Shown: positions 20,848 to 28,822 of the stretch, one piece after another
Numbering within the stretch: the stretch's first letter is position 1
How the letters are laid out: every line of letters starts with the position of its first letter
Source: Promethearchaeota archaeon
Lineage (GTDB): Archaea; Asgardarchaeota; Lokiarchaeia; Sigyniarchaeales; SOKP01
Assembly: GCA_048939995.1 (NCBI GenBank)
Contig: JBHLOY010000003.1
Coordinates: forward strand, 352,001-416,000
Direction of reading: 5' to 3'
Length of the DNA: 64,000 nt
Program-made: the position numbers and the translations under genes
The notes under the pieces: generated by a model
Told to the model about the DNA's origin: nothing
The model's input: the letters and a program-made list of their open reading frames with translations, nothing else
Databases searched by the model: none

Positions 20848-22479
20848 ATGATTAATAATTCTCATATGTTCGGGGATATTGGTATTGATAGTGTTGGTTT
20901 CTATGCCCCAAAGTATTACTTAAAATTAAAAGATTTGGCATTCGAGAGAAATGTTGATCCAGATAAATATAAAAAAGGTTTAATGTCAATTGAGATGCGA
21001 TTACCTGCAATAGATGAAGATATTATCTCAATTGGGTTAAAAGCTGGATATAATGCTCTTGTGAAAGGCAATATTTCACCCAAATCTATTGATGCGGTAT
21101 TTTGTGGTACTGAAACAATAACGTACGCAGTGAAATCCGTGTCAAACATCTATGCGGAATTACTTGGCGCCCCAAGGAACGTTTTGACTCAAGACATTTA
21201 TAATGCCTGCGCTGGGGGCACTCTTGCGATATTAAATGCGATAGCTTTGGTTGAAAAAGAAGTAATTGAAAGGGCTCTGGTGATCTCCGCTGACATTTCA
21301 TCCTATCAAATGCATTCTCCGAGCGAACCTACTCAAGGGTCTGGGGCGATTGCCCTTGTTATATCCAAAAATCCAAGAATTGCTACTTTCAGTAAAAAAT
21401 TCGGAAAGGTTTCGGGTAATGTAAATGATTTTTGGAGACCCGCAAATGATGTAAATGCTAATGCATTTGGACAATATTCTGTAGACGCTTATTTGAATTT
21501 TCAGTTAACTGCTTATGATGATCTCATTAACCATCTTGGAGATTTTCATGCAGATTATTACACTTTTCATGCTCCCTTCGCTAAATTACCAATTAAAATT
21601 ATGCAACAAATTATCCAAAAAAGGTGGGTAAATCATATCAATACTCTACCAAAAATTAGGCCTCAACCTACGATAAAAAAATCAATTAAACAGAAATTAA
21701 ATTCCTTTTTGCATGACATTACAGTCCTTCCCGAATATATTTATTTAAAACTGCGAGAACGAGGGTATTCTTCACAAACTTTAGAAAAAATATCGCATCA
21801 GATATTAGAGAATGTAAAATACAAAGTTCTTCCACAATTAAGAGTCCCATCGCACTTTGGGAATATGTACAACGCAGCAGTATGGGCTCAGATCCTCTAT
21901 ATTCTTGAGAATTATGGACATGTTCATGATACTATTTACTTTGGTTCTTATGGTTCAGGAGCTACCTGTATCTCAGGTTTACTAAGAGTAAAACCAGGTT
22001 TCAAGGAAATTGTTGGAAAACCCCCACTAATTAACGATTTCATTACAATTAAGGAAAGAAGAAGTGTATCCGAATATGAATTAATGAAGGAAGGAAAATT
22101 TATGGAGAACATTGTTTTAGGAAAAATAGTAGAGCATGAAGAGAATAACCATAGAGGATTTAAACTTCATTTCTGTGATGAGGGGTGTATTATTCCTAAT
22201 ATTGAGGGATTAAATCATTGTCCAAAAGGGCATTCTGGATTTCATGAAAGATTCTTTCCATTATTTGCTATTTTAGATTCAGAACCTATGGTTTTAGATG
22301 ATAATAACGATCTTAGTTATTTAAGCAAAGGATTAGTTAGAATCACTGGAAAAGTAACACAAGGAAACGCATTAGAATATGAGATAAGACGCATTGATAA
22401 CAATTCAGTTAAAAATGGTGAAGCTCTAGGATTATTAAATTGGGCACCTATTTATCTACCTGTAGAAAAAATCTACTAA
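20848..22479 (+). CDS. mvaS: Hydroxymethylglutaryl-CoA synthase with a C-terminal DUF35-like extension
   Basis: Catalytic GTET, YNACAGGT, EPTQGSGAIA, FHAPF, GNMYNAA and SYGSG motifs; about 120 extra C-terminal residues. Confidence 0.9.
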   Translation: MINNSHMFGDIGIDSVGFYAPKYYLKLKDLAFERNVDPDKYKKGLMSIEMRLPAIDEDIISIGLKAGYNALVKGNISPKSIDAVFCGTETITYAVKSVSNIYAELLGAPRNVLTQDIYNACAGGTLAILNAIALVEKEVIERALVISADISSYQMHSPSEPTQGSGAIALVISKNPRIATFSKKFGKVSGNVNDFWRPANDVNANAFGQYSVDAYLNFQLTAYDDLINHLGDFHADYYTFHAPFAKLPIKIMQQIIQKRWVNHINTLPKIRPQPTIKKSIKQKLNSFLHDITVLPEYIYLKLRERGYSSQTLEKISHQILENVKYKVLPQLRVPSHFGNMYNAAVWAQILYILENYGHVHDTIYFGSYGSGATCISGLLRVKPGFKEIVGKPPLINDFITIKERRSVSEYELMKEGKFMENIVLGKIVEHEENNHRGFKLHFCDEGCIIPNIEGLNHCPKGHSGFHERFFPLFAILDSEPMVLDDNNDLSYLSKGLVRITGKVTQGNALEYEIRRIDNNSVKNGEALGLLNWAPIYLPVEKIY

Positions 22480-22486
22480 TTTTATC

Positions 22487-22819
22487 CTAAATTTGGGCAT
22501 ACTTATTTAAAAATTTATCAATCAACCCATAAGAGTCATCTATAAAATTTTGAATATCATCTTGATTAGCATTATCCAAATGAATTCCTACAATAACTAC
22601 AACAGTTTTGTTTAATTTTTTAGACACTTTTTCTGCTATAGGTTTCGCAATCTCACCATCTTTGTGCCCATATACAGTAAGTAAACTTGCGCTTGAAGTT
22701 TGTTTATATGGAACAGCTAAAGCTACAGCACCAATATGTGGTTTATTTCCTCCCGTTAATGTAAGAACTAGGCCATCTCCCATTTCAAAGGAATCTAAAT
22801 TAACTTTCCATTTAGTCAT
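22487..22819 (-). CDS. LpdD-like prenylated-flavin chaperone
   Basis: GGNKPHIGAVA...GHKD...VVVIVGIHLDNA pattern; overlaps the 3' end of ubiX. Confidence 0.65.
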   Translation of the reverse strand: MTKWKVNLDSFEMGDGLVLTLTGGNKPHIGAVALAVPYKQTSSASLLTVYGHKDGEIAKPIAEKVSKKLNKTVVVIVGIHLDNANQDDIQNFIDDSYGLIDKFLNKYAQI

Positions 22820-23363
22820 CCTTCCACCTTTTTATCCCACTTTCAATACCTAATTGATCGAGAATCCTTCCTACCGTGTGTTGAATTAAATCACTGACAT
22901 TTTCGGGTTTAATATAATAAGAAGGGACTGGGGGGGCAATTACTACTCCTAATTTAGCAAGTTTAAGCATATTTTCCAGATGTATAGCACTGAGCGGACT
23001 TTCTCTTACCACTAAAACCAATTTTCGACCTTCTTTTATAGTTACATCAGCAGCCCTAGTAATTAAGTTATCTGCATATCCATGGGCTATAGATGCCAAT
23101 GTTTTCATTGTACATGGTACTATAATCATCCCATCGAGTTTATGAGATCCACTTGCAGGAGGTGCTTCAAGATCATCAACATCATACATGTAAGTAGCAA
23201 GATGATTCAAATTTGACAGGTTAAATTCACTTTCGCTATTTAGTACTACTTTTGCTGCTTTTGATACGATTAATTCGGTAGAAACATTCTTTTCTTTTAG
23301 GATCTTTAACAACTCAATAGCAATTGAGATTCCAGTTGCACCAGTAACTGCTATCAGAATCAA
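22812..23363 (-). CDS. ubiX: Flavin prenyltransferase UbiX
   Basis: AVTGATG, ASGS, PCTMKTLASIAHGYADNLITRAADVTIKEGRKLVLVVRESP and HLENM motifs. Confidence 0.95.
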   Translation of the reverse strand: MILIAVTGATGISIAIELLKILKEKNVSTELIVSKAAKVVLNSESEFNLSNLNHLATYMYDVDDLEAPPASGSHKLDGMIIVPCTMKTLASIAHGYADNLITRAADVTIKEGRKLVLVVRESPLSAIHLENMLKLAKLGVVIAPPVPSYYIKPENVSDLIQHTVGRILDQLGIESGIKRWKDD

Positions 23364-23492
23364 AATTAATCACGAGATTTAGATTTTATTTTAAGAAATA
23401 CTTCATATTAATATTGATAAGCATTTAATTATTATTTTTTGCAAATATTTCTGTTAGTATTACTAATCAAAAAATAAATCGGTTGTAAAAAA

Positions 23493-24773
23493 ATGAGTGA
23501 ATTTCATTCTGATCTTTCAGGATTTTATAAATTATCATTAAAAGAACGACAAAAAGTACTTTCTGAACTTATTCCATTAGATGATGAAGATTTAAAGCTG
23601 CTTGAAAATTTAGGGTATTTTACAGATACCCAAATCGATACTTTGATTGAAAATGTTGTTGGATCTTATCAACTACCGCTTGGAATTGCTTGTAATTTTA
23701 AAGTAAATAATAAGGACTACTTGATTCCTATGGTGATAGAAGAGCCTTCTGTAGTCGCAGCTGCTTCAAACGCAGCAAGAATTGCTAGAAAACATGGTGG
23801 TTTTTTCTCTGAAAAAGTGAATTCAATAATGATCTCACAAATTCAAATAACTAATCTAAAAGACCTTAAACAAGCTAAAAGGTTATTATTAGAACATAAA
23901 AAAGATTTACTCAAAATTGCAAATGATCAGGACCCTCTTTTAAAAAAACTTGGAGGAGGAGCCTATGACTTTGAAATTAGAGAAATAAAGACAAGGAAAG
24001 GCCAGATGCTAATTCTGCATTTATTAGTTAATGTTCTAGATGCGATGGGTGCAAATGTTGTTAATACTATGGCGGAAGCTCTTTCGCCCTATATCGAAGA
24101 AATAAGCGGAGGAGTGATTTACTTACGGATTGTATCTAATTTAGCAACTCATAGGATTACAAAATGTAAAGCTAAGTTTGATAAGGATTTATTAGGGGGT
24201 AAAAGTGTTGTAGAAGGGATAATAAATGCATATGAATTTGCGCTTGCTGATCCTTATCGAGCTACCACACATAATAAAGGAATAATGAATGGAATTGTTG
24301 CTCTCACCTTAGCAACAGGGAATGATACCAGAGCTATTGAATCTGGAGCTCATGCTTATGCATCAATAAAGGGAAAATATGAGCCTTTAACAAATTTCAA
24401 GCTAGATGAAAATGGACATTTAATTGGAGAGATAGAAATACCCTTAGCCCTAGGGATCATTGGTGGAATGACAAAGATACATCCAATGGCACGGTTAAAC
24501 CTAAAAATATTAGGAACAAAAAGTGCGGAAGAATTATGTCAAGTGGCTGCCGCATTAGGGTTAGCTCAAAATGTTGCGGCCCTACGAGCTCTAGCAGCAG
24601 AAGGAATTCAAAAGGGCCATATGACACTCCACTCTCGCAACATTGCTAAATTAGCAGGAGTACCAGATCACCTCATAGAACATGTAGCAAAGAAATTAGT
24701 TGAAGATAAAAAAATAAGAGTTGATTATGCAAAAAAAATATTGAAGGAAGTACTTACCAAAAAAAACCTTTAG
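23493..24773 (+). CDS. mvaA: HMG-CoA reductase, class II
   Basis: IENVVG, EEPSVVAAAS, DAMGANVVNT, RATTHNKGIMNG, GNDTRAIE and GIQKGHMTLH are class II signatures. Confidence 0.95.
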   Translation: MSEFHSDLSGFYKLSLKERQKVLSELIPLDDEDLKLLENLGYFTDTQIDTLIENVVGSYQLPLGIACNFKVNNKDYLIPMVIEEPSVVAAASNAARIARKHGGFFSEKVNSIMISQIQITNLKDLKQAKRLLLEHKKDLLKIANDQDPLLKKLGGGAYDFEIREIKTRKGQMLILHLLVNVLDAMGANVVNTMAEALSPYIEEISGGVIYLRIVSNLATHRITKCKAKFDKDLLGGKSVVEGIINAYEFALADPYRATTHNKGIMNGIVALTLATGNDTRAIESGAHAYASIKGKYEPLTNFKLDENGHLIGEIEIPLALGIIGGMTKIHPMARLNLKILGTKSAEELCQVAAALGLAQNVAALRALAAEGIQKGHMTLHSRNIAKLAGVPDHLIEHVAKKLVEDKKIRVDYAKKILKEVLTKKNL

Positions 24774-24853
24774 TTTTTTAACAAGTGATTCATAAACTCC
24801 TTTAATTATAATCTCTATTTGAATAATAGTAATTTTTTTAATAAGAAATAAAT

Positions 24854-26167
24854 GTGTTGAATATGGGATTTAGAGAATATTTAAATAAGATTGATGAGAA
24901 TCGACTCCTTAAGAAAGTAGATGTTGAAGTTTCAAGGAATTTAGAAATATCAGGTATCTTAAAAGAATTAGAACCAACTCCTGTACTTTTTAATAATATT
25001 AAAGAATCCAAATTTCGCCTAATTGGAAACATGTTCTGTACAAAAAGTGCAATTGCCTCTTACTTTGGAATTACACCTGTAGATCTCATACCTATGCTTT
25101 CAACAGCAATACTAAATAGATCAGAGCCTCAAGTTATCTCTACAGCACCCTGTCAAGAAGTGGTGGAACCAAATGTAGATTTAGATAGTATTCCAATCTT
25201 ATTTCACTGTGAAAAGGATGGAGGTAATTATATAAGTTCTGCGGTAGTTGTTGCCAGAGATCCTGAGTACGGTCAGAACTTAGATTTTCACAGAGCCATG
25301 CAGATTTCTAAGGATAAATTTTCTATAAGAATAGTAAAAGGGCGCAATTTTGATAAATTTCTAGCGAGAAGTGGAGAACTAGATGTAGCTTTCTGCATAG
25401 GAAATGCTCCAAATGCCCTTATTGCTGGAGCTACTTCAGTTGATATAGGAATAAATGAACTAACAATTGCAAATGCAATGGAACCAATTAATGTTGTTAA
25501 AGCAATATCTGTTGATTTAATTATTCCAGCTGAATCCGAATTTGTTTTAGAAGGAAGAGTCTTTTTAGAGGAGAAACATTCTGAAGGACCTTTTGTAGAC
25601 CTAACAGAAACTTATGATATCATAAGAGAAGAACCTGTATTTGAAGTTAAAAAAATCACTCATAGAAAAGATGCAATTTGGCAAGCTTTATTACCAGGTG
25701 CACTAGAACATAAAATCTTGATGGGTATGCCTCGAGAGCCAACGATTTACAATAAAGTAAATGAAATGGGAGTAAAGTGTTTGGATGTAAACATTAATCC
25801 AGGAGGATGCTCATGGTTACATGCAATTGTGAAAATTGATAAAAAGTCTGAAGAAGATGGCAAAAAAGCAATTCAAGGTGCTTTTGCGGGGCATGGTAGT
25901 TGTAAGCATGTTTTTATAGTTGATAACGACATTGATATCTACGATCCATTATCTGTAGAATGGGCAATGGCAACACGGTTTCAAGGAGATAAAAGAATGG
26001 TAATAAAAGATAAAGAACCGGGAAGTAGTTTAGACCCAAGTGCTGAACCAGGAACAAAATTAACCACAAAGATAGGATTTGACTTTACAAAGCCTATGCA
26101 AACAAAAGGAAAAGATTTTAATAAGGCAAAGTTCCCGAATATAGATTTAAAAAAATATAATCTTTAA
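24854..26167 (+). CDS. UbiD-family decarboxylase, probably anhydromevalonate phosphate decarboxylase
   Basis: EGPFVD, VDNDIDIYD...VEWAMATR and SSLDPS UbiD motifs; immediately upstream of the AcnX subunits and mevalonate kinase. Confidence 0.88.
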   Translation: MLNMGFREYLNKIDENRLLKKVDVEVSRNLEISGILKELEPTPVLFNNIKESKFRLIGNMFCTKSAIASYFGITPVDLIPMLSTAILNRSEPQVISTAPCQEVVEPNVDLDSIPILFHCEKDGGNYISSAVVVARDPEYGQNLDFHRAMQISKDKFSIRIVKGRNFDKFLARSGELDVAFCIGNAPNALIAGATSVDIGINELTIANAMEPINVVKAISVDLIIPAESEFVLEGRVFLEEKHSEGPFVDLTETYDIIREEPVFEVKKITHRKDAIWQALLPGALEHKILMGMPREPTIYNKVNEMGVKCLDVNINPGGCSWLHAIVKIDKKSEEDGKKAIQGAFAGHGSCKHVFIVDNDIDIYDPLSVEWAMATRFQGDKRMVIKDKEPGSSLDPSAEPGTKLTTKIGFDFTKPMQTKGKDFNKAKFPNIDLKKYNL

Positions 26168-27370
26168 GTGATAATTATGCAGTTAAAACCTGAAGAGCAA
26201 AATATGTTGGATGGGAAATACGGGAAAGCAGTTCAAAAATCAATGGAAATACTAACAACTTTGGGAGAGATTTTTAATGCAGAAAATATGATTGATGTGC
26301 ACAGTGTTCAGATTGCTGGAGTTTCCTATGATAATCTAGGAGAAGCGGGATTAGAATTTCTTAATGAGATGGCTGAGGACGGAAAAGTTAGAGTCTTAAC
26401 CACTTTGAATCCTGCTGGAATGGATCGTGAAAATTGGGAAACGCTGGCGATAAGCAAAGAATTTGCGAAGAATCAAAATCGTGCCATAGACGCTTTTGCG
26501 AAAATGGGAGTTATTACAACATGTTCATGTACACCATATCTAATTGGAAATACTCCTCATTATGGACAACATATCGCTTGGGCCGAAAGTAGTGCCGTTT
26601 GTTATGCTAATTCTGTAATAGGAGCAAAAACTAATCGAGAGGGTGGACCAAGTGCTCTAGCAGCAGCTCTGACTGGAAAAACACCAAATTATGGCTACCA
26701 TTTAGATGAAAATCGACATGGACAAGTATTATTTGATGTTAATGCCTTAATTAACGGTACTGACAAATTTGGGCTGTTAGGTAAAATTATTGGAGATAAA
26801 TTAGTAGAAGTAGGTCATAAAATTCCTTATATTTCTGGAATTCCTTCAGCAACTATTGAAGAACTCAAATCATTTTGTGCATCAATTGCTACTTATGGTG
26901 GGACAGCATTGTTTCATATGGAAGAAATTACACCAGAATATAATAAATATCCTAAACCAGAAGATACTTCTTTTGAGATAAACGAAGCGGATTTGAATAA
27001 AACTCGTCGTGATCTTATTGATGATGATATCGAAATTGACTTTGTAAGCATAGGATGTCCTCATGCTTCACTCAATGAACTTGCATTAATAGCGAAATTA
27101 CTTGACGGAAAGAAAGTAAAGAAGGAATTTTGGATAACTACTGCACGTCCCACTAAAAATGTAGCGGATAAGGCCGGCTTTACAAAAATAATTGAAGATA
27201 CAGGAGCTAAATTTGCAGCAGATACTTGTTGTGTTGTAGCGCCCATCAAGGGACGATTTAACGGAATTATGGTTGATTCAGCTAAGGCTTGTTATTATGG
27301 CCGGGCTAAAAATAAATTTAAAGTAAAAATCGGTACTATTGAAGAATGTGTTATGGAGGCTTTAAAATGA
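26168..27370 (+). CDS. Phosphomevalonate dehydratase large subunit (aconitase X, DUF521)
   Basis: GVSYDNLG, TTLNP, CSCTPY, AWAESSA, NSVIGAKTNREGGPS, GCPHAS, DTC and DSAK motifs. Confidence 0.9.
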   Translation: MIIMQLKPEEQNMLDGKYGKAVQKSMEILTTLGEIFNAENMIDVHSVQIAGVSYDNLGEAGLEFLNEMAEDGKVRVLTTLNPAGMDRENWETLAISKEFAKNQNRAIDAFAKMGVITTCSCTPYLIGNTPHYGQHIAWAESSAVCYANSVIGAKTNREGGPSALAAALTGKTPNYGYHLDENRHGQVLFDVNALINGTDKFGLLGKIIGDKLVEVGHKIPYISGIPSATIEELKSFCASIATYGGTALFHMEEITPEYNKYPKPEDTSFEINEADLNKTRRDLIDDDIEIDFVSIGCPHASLNELALIAKLLDGKKVKKEFWITTARPTKNVADKAGFTKIIEDTGAKFAADTCCVVAPIKGRFNGIMVDSAKACYYGRAKNKFKVKIGTIEECVMEALK

Positions 27371-27759
27371 AATTAAAAGGGAGAAAGATATATAAAGGAA
27401 TTGCTTCAGGTAGAGCCATTGTAACCAAAGAAGGTATTTCATTTTATGGAGGAATAGATCCCGAAACTGGGAAAGTGGTTGAAGTCGGTCATGAATTAGA
27501 AGGTCAAATTATAACCGATAAAATTTTAGTATTCCCTACGGGAAAAGGCTCTACAGTAGGATCATATACTATGTATCGAATGAAAAAGAATAATACTGCT
27601 CCTTTAGCAATAATTAATAAAAATATTGATACCATTGTTGCTGTGGGCTGTATTATAAGTGAAATACCTTGTGTTGACATGATTGAAATTAGTAAGATTA
27701 AAAATCAAGACCAATTAAATGTTAATGCTACTGAAGGAACGGTTGAAATTTTAGATTGA
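27367..27759 (+). CDS. Phosphomevalonate dehydratase small subunit (AcnX swivel domain, DUF126)
   Basis: ISFYGGIDPETG and GKGSTVGSY motifs; the ATG at 27367 overlaps the upstream stop (ATGA) and is a better start than 27346. Confidence 0.9.
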   Translation: MKLKGRKIYKGIASGRAIVTKEGISFYGGIDPETGKVVEVGHELEGQIITDKILVFPTGKGSTVGSYTMYRMKKNNTAPLAIINKNIDTIVAVGCIISEIPCVDMIEISKIKNQDQLNVNATEGTVEILD

Positions 27760-27810
27760 AGGTCTTGTAAATTAATAATTTTGATAAAAAATATAAAAAT
27801 ATAACAAAGA

Positions 27811-27816
27811 AGGTGA
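27811..27816 (+). promoter_or_regulatory. Shine-Dalgarno site (AGGTGA) for mevalonate kinase
   Basis: AGGTGA lies 5 nt before the ATG at 27822; AT-rich TATA-like stretch just upstream. Confidence 0.7.
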
Positions 27817-27821
27817 AAATT

Positions 27822-28788
27822 ATGGGAACTGGAAAAGGATACGGAAAGACCATTCTTTTTGGCGAATCTTATCTCCCAATTCGAGAGTAAACGCTAGCAT
27901 TTTGTGGTTTATGGTCTTCCCGCCATTGCGTCCGCTCTAGGCTCTATGACAATTGCTAATGTTAACGTCCTTGATGGTCAGGGTTGGGTAGTTGATGATC
28001 AAAGAATTGCAACACCGGGATATAAAGAAGCAAAGTATAATGAAGCACAAAAAGCAATAAAAAATGTAATAGAATTTTTAAATATCAATACAAACGATCA
28101 AAAACTTGAAATTATCTTTACTGGTGATTTAATCGCTGCAAGCGGAGTGGGTGCTTCTGCAGCACAATGTACATCTCTTGCACGTGCACTCAATGAGGAG
28201 TTTAACCTTAATCTAGATGATGGTAAAATAAATGAAGCTGCTTATGCGGGAGAAATGGCTTATCATGGCACTCCATCTGGTATCGATAATACTGCATCCA
28301 CATATGGAGGATTAATTTGGTTTATAAAGAATTTAATTGGAGGGAAAAATACAATCGACCGTCTAAAGGCAAGAGCCAAAATGTTTTTAGTAATCGCTGA
28401 TACTGGTATAACCGCCTCCACAGCTGAAGTTGTTGCAGATGTTCGTAATTTGAAAGAACAAAATCCAGACAAATATAAAGCAATATTTGCTGAATATAAG
28501 GACCTTGCCAAAAATGCTAAAAAGGCATTAATCAGAGGGAAAACGAGTCTTGTGGGAAAATTAATGATTCAAAATCAGAAATTATTGCAATTAATGACTG
28601 TATCAGGGGAATTTAACGATAATATTGTAGAAATTGCTTTAAATAATGGAGCATTAGGAGCGAAAGTTACTGGAACAGGACGAGGGGGGTTAGTAATAGC
28701 ACTAGTCTCGGATGAAAACTCACAAAAAAAAGTCTCTCAAGCAATTGAAAAAGAAGGTTTTACAATTTGGAACACAACAATTGGATAG
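27822..28788 (+). CDS. mvk: Mevalonate kinase, split: join(27822..27866,27898..28788), 311 aa after removal of a 31-nt insert
   Basis: Exon 1 reads MGTGKGYGKTILFGE and exon 2 reads HFVVYGLPAIA, rebuilding the GKxILFGEHxVVYG motif. Downstream GHMP motifs SGVGASAA, HGTPSGID and GAKVTGTGRGG are intact. Confidence 0.9.
27867..27897 (+). other. Candidate 31-nt bulge-helix-bulge (BHB) intron in the mvk mRNA
   Basis: TCTTATCTCCCAATTCGAGAGTAAACGCTAG. Central helix GGCG/CGCT, 3-nt bulges AA^T and AG^C, internal hairpin TTA-TCTC/GAGA-(G)-TAA; contains an in-frame TAA at 27888. Confidence 0.75.
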
Positions 28789-28822
28789 AATTGATATTTT
28801 AGAATGAAAATTTATATGATGA

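Noticed and set aside
27867-27897. Spliceosomal-like look of the mvk insert (ends in CTAG, with a TAAAC branch-like motif)
   Set aside because: The 5' end is TC, not GT, and the BHB geometry already explains the boundaries; probably coincidence.
27867-27897. Insert as a transposon footprint or tandem duplication
   Set aside because: No target-site duplication and no copy of flanking sequence; instead it base-pairs with the upstream exon.
27904-28788. ORF-track start of mevalonate kinase at GTG 27904
   Set aside because: It would delete the conserved GKxILFGEH strand; the missing residues are encoded at 27822-27866 behind a good RBS.
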